Shown here one piece after another: positions 20,842-30,393 of a stretch of DNA of 64,000 nt (position 1 is its first letter; each line of letters begins with the position of its first letter). The position numbers and the translations under genes are program-made. The notes beneath the pieces were generated by a model. The model saw only the letters and a list, made by a program, of their open reading frames with translations. It searched no databases and was not told where the DNA came from. The stretch is from a bacterium. GTDB taxonomy: Bacteria; Zhuqueibacterota; Zhuqueibacteria; Residuimicrobiales; Krinioviventaceae. The stretch covers positions 1 through 64,000 of the forward strand of contig CAXXFV010000001.1 of NCBI GenBank assembly GCA_963674595.2. The letters run 5' to 3'.

Positions 20842-22440
20842 ATGGAAAAGAATATGAAAATTAGTGTTCCTAAAATTACATTTTGGCGGGTCATTCTGGT
20901 TTTAATTTGGACGGGTGGTCTTTACGCAACATTTGTCAGGTTTACACAGGGATTGGGAGCTTCAACCAATCTTTCGGACAAGTTCCCGTGGGGAATCTGG
21001 ATTGGATTTGATATCCTTGTCGGTGTCGGTTTGGCTGCCGGTGGTTTTGTCATCGCTGCAACAGTTTATATTTTTGATTTAAAAGATTTCAAGCCAATAG
21101 CCCGGTCTTCGGTTTTAACGGCCTTTTTGGGGTATTTACTGGTCGTTACGGCATTAATGTTTGACCTGGGCCGGCCTTACAGAATCTGGCACCCAATTAT
21201 CATGTGGAATCCTCATTCTGTTATGTTTGAAGTGGGTTGGTGTGTTATGCTTTACACCAGTGTTTTATTTCTGGAATTTTTACCGGTTATTTTACAAAAG
21301 CTGGGTTTTAAAAAATCCTATAAGACTCTTTCCAAAATTACAGTTCCGGTAGTCATTCTGGGTGTGCTTTTTTCCATGCTGCACCAGTCTTCTTTGGGCA
21401 CACTTTATGTTATCGTTCCGGGTAAGCTGCATCCATTATGGTATTCGGGAATGATGCCGGTCATGTTTTTTGTGTCTGCTGTTGCCGGTGGTTTAGCGAT
21501 GGTTATTTTTGAGTCCTACCTAAGTGCCAGGGCCTTTGGAAGACAACTCGAGTTTTCAATTTTAACCAGATTGGGACGTGTTATTGTTGTTGTTTTGGCT
21601 GTTTGGCTGGTTATGCGACTTCAGGGCATTGCCGCTAACCATGCACTCGGTATGATTTTTACCGGTTCTTCTGAAAGTATCTTTTTTATGGTAGAAGTTT
21701 TTCTCGGTGCAATATTGCCGATTATACTTTTATTGATTCCTAAAATTCGTGAAAATACAGCCGGTTTGTTTTTATGTTCTGTTTTGGTTGTTATCGGATT
21801 TATAACAAACCGCTTAAATGTTAGCATTACTGGAATGCTGGGTTCATCCGGCGTGGATTATTTCCCCAGTTGGATGGAAGTAGCCGTCACCACGTCAATT
21901 GTTGCCGCCGGCTTTGTGGCATTTTATTATGTATCAAAATATTTTCCTGTCTTTCCGGATGCGGAAGAAAAAGACAGTGCCGGGCAGCAAATAGCTTATA
22001 AACCACCGCTTGTTGCGGCCGGAAAAGCCGGTTATTATATGGTTTCTATTTTAGGTGTTATTTTAATAATTAGTGTGCTGGGAATGGCTATCGGATATAA
22101 TTATAAAAAAGACCATCAGGTTCTGCAAACAGATCAGGATGCGGAATATATGAATAATGTATCAAGTCATTCGTTAGCGTATCCGGAACCGATTGTTTTT
22201 CAAATGGGTGAGGACAGCCCCGGTGTTGTTACGTTTGACCATGAATCTCATGTTGATCCTGATAATCCGAATTGTATGTCCTGTCACCAAAAAATGTTTA
22301 AAATCCGGCCGGAAAAAGCCGGTGCTTTGGGTACTGTGGATATGGAAAAATTATATGAAGGTGAACAGTGTGGTACCTGTCATAATGATGATAAAGCTTT
22401 TAGTGTTGAAGAATGTGAATTTTGTCATATAGCAGAATAA
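20842..22440 (+). CDS. HybB/NrfD-family membrane subunit fused to a C-terminal c7-type triheme cytochrome
   Basis: TNLSDKFPWGIWI, DLGRPYRIW, SVMFEV, SMLHQSSLG, KLHPLWY, NRLNV, PSWME; an extra TM helix, then FDHESH, CMSCH, CGTCH, CEFCH. Confidence 0.88.
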   Translation: MEKNMKISVPKITFWRVILVLIWTGGLYATFVRFTQGLGASTNLSDKFPWGIWIGFDILVGVGLAAGGFVIAATVYIFDLKDFKPIARSSVLTAFLGYLLVVTALMFDLGRPYRIWHPIIMWNPHSVMFEVGWCVMLYTSVLFLEFLPVILQKLGFKKSYKTLSKITVPVVILGVLFSMLHQSSLGTLYVIVPGKLHPLWYSGMMPVMFFVSAVAGGLAMVIFESYLSARAFGRQLEFSILTRLGRVIVVVLAVWLVMRLQGIAANHALGMIFTGSSESIFFMVEVFLGAILPIILLLIPKIRENTAGLFLCSVLVVIGFITNRLNVSITGMLGSSGVDYFPSWMEVAVTTSIVAAGFVAFYYVSKYFPVFPDAEEKDSAGQQIAYKPPLVAAGKAGYYMVSILGVILIISVLGMAIGYNYKKDHQVLQTDQDAEYMNNVSSHSLAYPEPIVFQMGEDSPGVVTFDHESHVDPDNPNCMSCHQKMFKIRPEKAGALGTVDMEKLYEGEQCGTCHNDDKAFSVEECEFCHIAE

Positions 22441-22449
22441 ATTAATTTT

Positions 22450-23232
22450 ATGAGTGATGATAGTATTAAAAAATTGTGGCCAAAGGGGGAAATGCCATGC
22501 ATTTGGATGCAGGCCGGTTTGGTGGAATTAAAACTGTGCCGGCATCAGGGAAATTGTGATGACTGTCCATTTGATTGGGCCATGCGTGGCAAACCGTTTG
22601 AGCCAAAGCCGGTAAAAAATAATGAAAATATACTCTCTGCCGGTTTTCAGAAAAAGATTTCATCCATAGACAACAAGCCCATTACAATATCAGAAAAGAA
22701 TTTATATCACGAACCTTGCTGGTTTATTAATAAAACAGACCGTTTTATAATGCTTGGCTTGGATTCGATGTTTGTCGATCTGTTACCGGAAATTAAAGAT
22801 GTGGTTTTTCCGCCGGCCGGTTCGGTTATTCGTAAAAATCAGGTATTGTCCTGGCTTTTAACTAAACATGGTGCAATTATTCTGAAATCTCCGGTGCAGG
22901 GGAGAATTATAAGTTTAAATAATAAGATTGTAGAGAGTTTTAAAAACAAAAAACAGGGCCCGGAAAAAGATTTCAGTCTTATGAGTCTGGAATCCGGCGA
23001 CAAGGACAGTATATCAAGTTTTATCTCCGGGGACACAGCAAAACATTATCTTTTTAGCCGAAAAGAACGATTTTTGTCGGCATTTCGTAACCGTTTGCTC
23101 GACAGGCATCCCGAAGTGGGGGAAACAATGCAGGACGGCGGAGAACTGGTTGACAGTTATGAAAAAATTCTGGGGCCAAAAGAATACCTGGACCTTTTAA
23201 ATCAAGAGTTTTTTGGTAAAAGTCTCACGTAA
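22450..23232 (+). CDS. Soluble GcvH-like protein 3 with N-terminal four-Cys motif
   Basis: CIWMQAGLVELKLCRHQGNCDDCPFD; LGLDS...FPPAG...SPVQGRIISLN; C-terminal MQDGG. Confidence 0.72.
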   Translation: MSDDSIKKLWPKGEMPCIWMQAGLVELKLCRHQGNCDDCPFDWAMRGKPFEPKPVKNNENILSAGFQKKISSIDNKPITISEKNLYHEPCWFINKTDRFIMLGLDSMFVDLLPEIKDVVFPPAGSVIRKNQVLSWLLTKHGAIILKSPVQGRIISLNNKIVESFKNKKQGPEKDFSLMSLESGDKDSISSFISGDTAKHYLFSRKERFLSAFRNRLLDRHPEVGETMQDGGELVDSYEKILGPKEYLDLLNQEFFGKSLT

Positions 23233-23349
23233 TTTACTGAAATCCCCATCATCTGCGAAAAAGTGTTGTAAAAAATATTGAATTTGGATCAGGGATTGTT
23301 TATTATAAATATAAACATATTCCTTTATAATAACTTATCCCTGACGGTT

Positions 23350-24963
23350 ATGGTAAAAAAGATAACACAATCTCTCAGTTTTCGGTTATTTATATTGTTA
23401 ACAGCCCTTATGATTGTTGGTTTTAGTTTCAACTCTTTTTACCTGATTTCCGTTCATTCCAGTCAGTTGATGGATGAGGTATTTATCAGCGCAGAACGTG
23501 TGAGTGATATTATAAAACGGTCCACCCGGTATGGAATGCTGGTAAATCGTAAAGATGATGTTCACCAGATTATCAATACTGTTGGGAATGAACCCGGGGT
23601 TGATGCAATCCGCATTTATAATAAAAAAGGGGACATAATTTTTTCCACAAATCATAGTGAAGTAAACATGCGTGTAGATCTGGACGCCGAAGCATGTAAT
23701 ATATGTCATAATACAAAAGAACCATTAACATCATTGGCCATTTCCGAAAGACACCGCGTATATCGTGATTTAAAGGGGCACAGGGTTTTGGGCGTTATCA
23801 ACCCCATTGAAAACGAGGAAGAATGTTACAATGCCGCCTGCCATGCACATTCTGCTGAACAAACAGTATTGGGTGTGCTGGATGTTAAAATGTCTTTGTC
23901 AACCATTGATGAAAAACTCAAACGAAACCGGAAAAGTATGATTACCTTTGCCGGTTTTATGATCATTGGAGTTGCCTTTCTCTCCGGACAGTTTTTGTAT
24001 TTTTTTGTGCGAAAGCGTATTAAAAGACTTATTGTTGGGACGGAAGAAATTTCCGCCGGTAATTTACTGCATAAAATTGAAGTAAAAGGGCATGACGAGA
24101 TAGACCAGTTGGCAAGCTCTTTTAATAAAATGACCTATGATTTAAAAAAAGCTCGTGATGAAATTACAGAATGGTCCAATTCGCTTGAAGAAAAAGTGGA
24201 CCAGAAAACCAAAGAACTTCGGAATGCCCAGGAACATATTGTACGTATGGAAAAAATGGTCTCTTTGGGAAAACTTTCTGCAACGGTTGCTCATGAAATT
24301 AATAATCCAATGGCCGGTGTATTGAATTATACCATGTTGGTCCTTAGAATGTTAAAAACCGGCCCGTTGACTAAAGAGCGTGTAGAATCGATGCAAGAGT
24401 ACCTTAATTTTATTAAAAAGGAAATTCAACGGACAGGAGACATTGTTCGTAATATGCTTGTTTTTGCACGGCAAACCGGTAAAAATTTTTCCAAAGAATC
24501 GTTGCACTATTTGGTAGAGTCCAGTATTATGCTGGTTAAACACCAGCTTAAAATGAAACAAATAAATATATATAAAACTTTTAATTGCACAAACGATACG
24601 ATTCTTTGCGACAGCGGGCAAATTCGGCAGGCGCTCGTGGCTCTTTTTGTTAATTCCATAGAAGCCATGGAAGATGGTGGTGATCTTTATGTTGAAACAT
24701 CAGATATGGATGACAAAATACAGATTATGATTAAGGATACCGGATGTGGTATTCCTGAGGATATTATGCCGCAGATTTTTGAACCGTTTTTTTCAACCAA
24801 ACAAGAGATCAAAGGTGTGGGAATTGGGCTCGCTGTGGTTTATGGCATTATTGAGCGGCACAAGGCAAAAATAGATGTAATTTCTAAAGTAAATGAAGGA
24901 ACAACATTTTATATTCAGTTATGTCGACAACCTGAAATTGAGTATGATGTCGAAATTAATTAG
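23350..24963 (+). CDS. Membrane sensor histidine kinase (HAMP, HisKA) with periplasmic heme-c-like motifs
   Basis: Two TM helices; periplasmic CNICH and CYNAACH; VAHEINNP; FEPFFSTK, GVGIGL. Confidence 0.9.
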   Translation: MVKKITQSLSFRLFILLTALMIVGFSFNSFYLISVHSSQLMDEVFISAERVSDIIKRSTRYGMLVNRKDDVHQIINTVGNEPGVDAIRIYNKKGDIIFSTNHSEVNMRVDLDAEACNICHNTKEPLTSLAISERHRVYRDLKGHRVLGVINPIENEEECYNAACHAHSAEQTVLGVLDVKMSLSTIDEKLKRNRKSMITFAGFMIIGVAFLSGQFLYFFVRKRIKRLIVGTEEISAGNLLHKIEVKGHDEIDQLASSFNKMTYDLKKARDEITEWSNSLEEKVDQKTKELRNAQEHIVRMEKMVSLGKLSATVAHEINNPMAGVLNYTMLVLRMLKTGPLTKERVESMQEYLNFIKKEIQRTGDIVRNMLVFARQTGKNFSKESLHYLVESSIMLVKHQLKMKQINIYKTFNCTNDTILCDSGQIRQALVALFVNSIEAMEDGGDLYVETSDMDDKIQIMIKDTGCGIPEDIMPQIFEPFFSTKQEIKGVGIGLAVVYGIIERHKAKIDVISKVNEGTTFYIQLCRQPEIEYDVEIN

Positions 24964-24995
24964 AGAAATGTGGTAAAAGCTTAAAAGGGCTTTTT

Positions 24996-26345
24996 ATGAA
25001 AAATGAAAGACGTACTCTTCGTCTACTGGTTGTGGATGACGAAGAATCAGTTCGTAATTCCCTCTGTAATTGGTTTCGTGAAGACGGCTACATGGTCGGG
25101 GTGGCCAAGGATGCCTATGATGCTTTAGAACAATTGGAAAAAGACGAGTGGGACATTGTTCTGCTTGACATCAAAATGCCGGGGATGGATGGTTTGGAGC
25201 TGCAAAAGCGTATTCATGAACAAAGCCGCAACATTATTGTTATCATCATGACAGCCTATGCATCCGTTGAAACGGCTGTGCAGGCTTTAAAACAGGGCGC
25301 TTATGATTACATGGTCAAACCATTTAGTCCCGATGATCTAAGTCATCTTATCCGCAATGCTGCCCAGCAAATTGAACTTCGGCACGAAAATATACAACTA
25401 AAACAGAAAATAAGGCAGCTTGCCCGTATGGAGGAAATAATTGGTGAAAGTTCTCAAATAAAGCGGGTTTTGGAACTTGTTGAAAAAGTGGCGCCTTCCG
25501 ATTCCACGGTTGTTATCCGGGGTGAAAGCGGTACCGGTAAAGAGCTTATTGCTAGGGCCATTCATTGTCACAGTCCCCGGCGATACTATCCGATTGTACC
25601 TGTAAATTGCGGCGCGTTATCGGAATCTCTGCTTGAGAGTGAGCTCTTTGGGCATGAAAAAGGAGCTTTTACAGGCGCACAAAGCCGTCGAAAAGGTAAA
25701 GTTGAAATGGCTGACAAGGGCAGCCTGTTTTTGGATGAAATCGGTAATATCAGCTACAAAATGCAGATAGAACTTTTGCGGGTGCTGGAAACCAAACAAA
25801 TAAGCAGGGTGGGCGGGAACCAGGCCCTGGATGTTGATTTTCGTTTAATTTGTGCGACTAATAGAAATTTAGAAAAAGCAGTTGAAGATGGTTCTTTTAG
25901 AGAGGATTTATATTATCGAATCAATGTTTTTACAATCGTTTTGCCCCCATTACGTGAGAGAAAAACAGATATCCCGCTGCTGACAAAACATTTTATAAAA
26001 AAATATGCAGCAATAATGAATAAAAATATTCACGATGTGTCATCTGAAGCTGTCAATATGTTAATTAACTATGAATGGCCGGGGAATGTAAGGGAATTGG
26101 AAAATGCCATTGAACGGGCCATGGTGGTGGGTAAACCGCCGGTTATTGAAATTCAGGACTTGCCCTTTCAATTGGCAACTCATACAGAGCCGTTAAAAGT
26201 TGATTCGTTAAACGCTGCTGAAAAAAGACATATAAACTATGTCCTGACTAAAACAGACTGGAATATCTCCCACGCGGCCAAAGCTTTAGAGATTGATAGA
26301 GTGACTTTATATAATAAAATTAAAAAGTATAAATTAAAAAAATAA
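24996..26345 (+). CDS. Sigma54-dependent response regulator (NtrC/AtoC family)
   Basis: REC (DIKMP); GESGTGKE; ESELFGHEKGAFTGA; WPGNVRELEN; Fis-type HTH. Confidence 0.95.
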   Translation: MKNERRTLRLLVVDDEESVRNSLCNWFREDGYMVGVAKDAYDALEQLEKDEWDIVLLDIKMPGMDGLELQKRIHEQSRNIIVIIMTAYASVETAVQALKQGAYDYMVKPFSPDDLSHLIRNAAQQIELRHENIQLKQKIRQLARMEEIIGESSQIKRVLELVEKVAPSDSTVVIRGESGTGKELIARAIHCHSPRRYYPIVPVNCGALSESLLESELFGHEKGAFTGAQSRRKGKVEMADKGSLFLDEIGNISYKMQIELLRVLETKQISRVGGNQALDVDFRLICATNRNLEKAVEDGSFREDLYYRINVFTIVLPPLRERKTDIPLLTKHFIKKYAAIMNKNIHDVSSEAVNMLINYEWPGNVRELENAIERAMVVGKPPVIEIQDLPFQLATHTEPLKVDSLNAAEKRHINYVLTKTDWNISHAAKALEIDRVTLYNKIKKYKLKK

Positions 26346-26349
26346 AATA

Positions 26350-26895
26350 ATGCTTTCTATCAGTTTTTTACCCATAAAATTCTCAAATAAAAATATATTA
26401 AATTTATTGGCAAACCATATTGCGACTCATTTTAATATTGCTGTTTCCGTTTTAGACGCAGAGTTTGACTATAAATATTCCTATGATCCTGCCAGACGTC
26501 AGTACCATTCAACCCAGTTATTAAAAGGACTCACCAATTATATTGATGCGCCCAGGAAAATTATTGGCATTACCGAGCTTGATTTATATATTCCCATTTT
26601 GACATTTGTATTCGGAGAGGCGCAGCTTGGGGGAGAAGCATCAATCGTTTCCACATTCAGATTGGACCCGAAATTTTACGGGCTTCCGGCAGATGAAAAA
26701 TTGATTATTGAGCGGTTGAAAAAGGAAGCCATCCATGAATTGGGGCATACCTTTGGCTTGCCGCATTGCATCGATTATCGATGCGTTTTATGCTCGTCCA
26801 CCTGCGTTGAAGAGATCGACATAAAAAACGATGATTTTTGTTTCGATTGCTACCAGGAATTTAATAAAAGAAGAAACGGCACAAATCGGGAATGA
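26350..26895 (+). CDS. Archaemetzincin-family Zn metalloprotease
   Basis: FVFGEA, KEAIHELGHTFGLPHC...C...C..C. Confidence 0.85.
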   Translation: MLSISFLPIKFSNKNILNLLANHIATHFNIAVSVLDAEFDYKYSYDPARRQYHSTQLLKGLTNYIDAPRKIIGITELDLYIPILTFVFGEAQLGGEASIVSTFRLDPKFYGLPADEKLIIERLKKEAIHELGHTFGLPHCIDYRCVLCSSTCVEEIDIKNDDFCFDCYQEFNKRRNGTNRE

Positions 26896-26897
26896 TT

Positions 26898-28808
26898 TTA
26901 TTCCTCATGATTTTTGTTAATTAAGCGGACATCCTGTACCCGTTCGGTAATGCCTTTTTCATCAAAATAACTTAAAAGCGCCAGGGCGTATTTTCGGCTT
27001 GTTGAAAGAAGCGTGCGAAAGTCACTAACCGAAATTTCATCTGCTCCTTTTGCAAATTCCAGTAAAATATTTATGGCTTTTTGAATGGTTTGTTCCGGGA
27101 AATAAATGTCTCCCTCCAGTCTTTTAATTTTTCCCATACTTTGCAAAACGTTCAGCATTTTTTTAACATCTGTTGGTGATAATAAAAGCTGGGAAGAAAT
27201 TTCATTTTCTGCCGGGGGAGAAAATTCTGACTTTATTAATAATGTTTCAATAAAATCGCACGTTTTTTTGTCTTTGTCACTCAAATTTATTTTATGGGAA
27301 AATCCCTTAATCCATTGCTGGTTTTCAGCCAATATTTTTTCATCCAAAAGTTCCTGTATGATTTTTTCGAAAATCTGGGTGTTCAATTTTTTGTTTATCT
27401 GGGATTTCAGTTCTGCTTTAGCAATGCCCGGTTTTAACGGTTCTTTTTTGTGAAAATCATCAATATAGTTTTTTATGTTTTCTTTTATTTGCTGATAGCT
27501 GACGCTATGGTAATAAATAGGCGTTTTTGAGGGACCGGCTTTAATTATTGTTTTATTGTCTGTCAACTTTTCGAGAATGTTTTGTACGTCATTTAAAAGA
27601 TGTCCGCTCAGTTTACTGATCTCTTCAGCTTTCAGGGCGCTATCCGGGTTTTGCAGCATGATCGTTGTTATTTCTTCCTCAGGATCACTTTTTTCCAAAC
27701 GGGATAAAGCATCCATAACGGATTTTTGGAAGCGTTTATGCGGTTTCGGCTGTGTGTCTAAAATGATACCGCCGCCGATTGTTGTTGTCGGTGAATATTG
27801 ACGTATAACAATAGGGTCTCTGCGCATGGCAATAACAGCTTCTTCCATTAACAGTTGAACAAACTGCGAGGCGCCGGGTTCAATTTTTTCATGTTCCAAA
27901 CATTTAATTCGGGCCAATACCTCACGTGTACCGATATGCACCCTGACACGGGCACGGTTTTTAACTGTTTTTGTGATTGATTTTAAAATATTGATTTTTG
28001 CATCCAATAGTTTGGTCGGCTGAAAATAATTTGCCGTTGCCAGAATATCACCGCGTTTAACAGCCTCTTTTTCAATGTTGGCAATGTTGATGGCCGCACG
28101 GTCGCCTATTGAAATCGTTTCAACATTATTGCCATGAGATTGCAGTCCGCGAACCCGAACAGATTTTTTTCCCGGCAATAATTCAAGCAGATCGTTTGTT
28201 TGGGCACGGCCTGAAAGCACAGAGCCGGTGACAACCGTCCCAAATCCTTTAATCGTAAAAGAGCGATCAACCGGCATCCAAAAAACACCACGGTCCGGAC
28301 GGGGTGACAGGGTTTTTGTCGTTTCGAGGATCGTTTGTTTAAGCGAATCAATGCCATCACCGGTGTGTGACGAAACACAAATAATTGGCGCATCTTTTAA
28401 AAAAGTCCCGGCTGTCAGAGATTTTATCTCCTCCTGAACAAGCATCAGCCAATCTTTTTCAACCAGGTCCGACTTTGTTATGGCGATGATCCCTTTTTTC
28501 AATTGTAATAAATTTAGAATGTCCAGGTGTTCCCGGGTTTGCGGCATAACACCGTCGTCTGCGGCAACAACCAACAATGCCATGTCTACAGTGCTTACAC
28601 CGGCCACCATATTTTTTATAAAACGCTCATGTCCGGGTACATCAATAAATGCGATGTCTTTGTTTAAAAAAGCGAATCCGATGTCTATTGTCATACCGCG
28701 CTGCTGCTCTTCGGCCAGCCGGTCCGGATCAGTGCCTGTCAGCTTTTTCACAAGCGCTGATTTTCCGTGATCAATATGTCCGGCGGTCCCAATGATGATA
28801 TGTGCCAT
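26898..28808 (-). CDS. selB: Selenocysteine-specific translation elongation factor
   Basis: GTAGHIDHGKS, RGMTIDIGFA, DVPGHERFIKNM; C-terminal winged helices with SRKYALALL. Confidence 0.95.
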   Translation of the reverse strand: MAHIIIGTAGHIDHGKSALVKKLTGTDPDRLAEEQQRGMTIDIGFAFLNKDIAFIDVPGHERFIKNMVAGVSTVDMALLVVAADDGVMPQTREHLDILNLLQLKKGIIAITKSDLVEKDWLMLVQEEIKSLTAGTFLKDAPIICVSSHTGDGIDSLKQTILETTKTLSPRPDRGVFWMPVDRSFTIKGFGTVVTGSVLSGRAQTNDLLELLPGKKSVRVRGLQSHGNNVETISIGDRAAINIANIEKEAVKRGDILATANYFQPTKLLDAKINILKSITKTVKNRARVRVHIGTREVLARIKCLEHEKIEPGASQFVQLLMEEAVIAMRRDPIVIRQYSPTTTIGGGIILDTQPKPHKRFQKSVMDALSRLEKSDPEEEITTIMLQNPDSALKAEEISKLSGHLLNDVQNILEKLTDNKTIIKAGPSKTPIYYHSVSYQQIKENIKNYIDDFHKKEPLKPGIAKAELKSQINKKLNTQIFEKIIQELLDEKILAENQQWIKGFSHKINLSDKDKKTCDFIETLLIKSEFSPPAENEISSQLLLSPTDVKKMLNVLQSMGKIKRLEGDIYFPEQTIQKAINILLEFAKGADEISVSDFRTLLSTSRKYALALLSYFDEKGITERVQDVRLINKNHEE

Positions 28809-29003
28809 GTTACACCCGAAAATTATTCAATTCTAATTTTATTGATACTAAATAAAAAATAAGCGAAAATCAAGTATATTTCATATTATGATTTGATATT
28901 TGCGTTTCACACAATAAAGGAATTGAATTTTATAATTAATTTCTTTATTCTTTTATAAAATAAATTGTAATGAAAACAGTCTTAATGCTGAGAAAGGAAC
29001 CTG

Positions 29004-30347
29004 ATGTCTAAACTCACCTGGAAATTTCCCCGTTCATTTTGGATGGCTAATTCTATCGAACTTTTTGAACGCGCTGCCTATTATGGAATGTTCATTGCCC
29101 TGACCCTTTACCTGACCCGTGAGGTCGGTTTCACAGATGTTGAAGCCGGCTGGGTGACCGGTCTTTTTGCCGGATTTATCTATCTTGCTCCAACCTTTAC
29201 CGGAGCACTGGCAGATAAAATGGGATTCAAAAATGCCCTTGTTCTTGCCTTTGCATTATTAACCAGTGGATATGCCCTGCTGGGCGCTTTTCAAATAAAG
29301 ACAACGGCTGTTTTTTCCCTGTTTTTAATTTTACTGGGCGGTTCGTTTGTAAAACCGATTATTACCGGGACGGTTGCTAAAGCTTCCGATGAATTAAACA
29401 GGGCGCGCGCTTTTTCAATTTTTTATCAGATTGTGAATATAGGCGCTTTTTTAGGAAAAACAATTGCCAAACCATTGCGTACCGAACTCGGTTTAAAATA
29501 TATCAACTTTTATTCTGCCATAATGGCTTTAATAGCCCTGTTTTTTGTTATTTTATTTTATAAAAATCTCGATACAAAAGGGATGGGGAAAAGTTTTAAA
29601 GAATCCCTGAACGGTCTTGTACGGGTTTTGAAAAACGTTCGTTTTATGGTTCTTATTGTCATTGTTGCCGGTTTTTGGCTGATTCAGGGGCAGCTTTATG
29701 CAACCATGCCCAAATATGCATTACGAATGATCGGCGAATCTGCGGCTCCGGAATGGCTGGCAAATATCAATCCTCTGATTGTTGTTTTGGCTGTTGTGCC
29801 CGTTACTCATTTAATCAGAAATATGAAACCAATCAGTTCCATTGCTATCAGCCTTTTTATTATTCCTTTGTCTGCGCTTACGATTAGTTTAAGCCCTTTA
29901 CTGGAACACATTACAGGCCAGTCCGTATCATTTGGTTTTATTCATTTGCATCCTATTACCGTGATGTTGATTATTGGTATTGCTTTGCAGGGTTTGGCTG
30001 AATGTTTTCTGTCTCCCAGATTTTTAGAGTATGCCTCTAAACAAGCGCCACCCGATGAGGTGGGTCTGTATATGGGATATTCGCATCTGCATACTTTTAT
30101 AGCCTGGCTTATTGGTTTTGTCGTATCCGGATATTTGCTGGAAGCTTTTTGTCCGGACCCGAAGACACTGTCCCTTGCTGTTCAGGAACAACGAATGACT
30201 GCGCTATCAGGACAGGGCGCCATGCCGGAAGCCTATGCTCATGCGCATTATATTTGGCTGGTGTTTGCCGGTATTGGGGTTTTTGCCTTTTGTTGTTTGT
30301 TGGTATATAAATATATAACAGACCGGTTGGATAAAAAATCAGCTTGA
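29004..30347 (+). CDS. MFS transporter (POT/PTR-like)
   Basis: ELFERAAYYG, GALADKMG, FSIFYQIVNIG; about 12 TM helices. Confidence 0.8.
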   Translation: MSKLTWKFPRSFWMANSIELFERAAYYGMFIALTLYLTREVGFTDVEAGWVTGLFAGFIYLAPTFTGALADKMGFKNALVLAFALLTSGYALLGAFQIKTTAVFSLFLILLGGSFVKPIITGTVAKASDELNRARAFSIFYQIVNIGAFLGKTIAKPLRTELGLKYINFYSAIMALIALFFVILFYKNLDTKGMGKSFKESLNGLVRVLKNVRFMVLIVIVAGFWLIQGQLYATMPKYALRMIGESAAPEWLANINPLIVVLAVVPVTHLIRNMKPISSIAISLFIIPLSALTISLSPLLEHITGQSVSFGFIHLHPITVMLIIGIALQGLAECFLSPRFLEYASKQAPPDEVGLYMGYSHLHTFIAWLIGFVVSGYLLEAFCPDPKTLSLAVQEQRMTALSGQGAMPEAYAHAHYIWLVFAGIGVFAFCCLLVYKYITDRLDKKSA

Positions 30348-30351
30348 TATT

Positions 30352-30393
30352 AAAAAAGCGATCATGAAAACCTCATGATCGCTTTTTCTTTTT
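30352..30393. terminator. Bidirectional terminator between convergent genes
   Basis: aaaaaagcgatcatga-aaacc-tcatgatcgcttttt. Confidence 0.85.

Noticed and set aside
20092-22440. Calling these genes hybA/hybB of hydrogenase-2
   Set aside because: No hydrogenase subunits or maturation genes and no Tat signal; only family-level similarity is supported
18810-23232. Glycine cleavage system
   Set aside because: No gcvP or gcvT, no ESVK lipoylation motif, and the proteins have TM anchors and extensions
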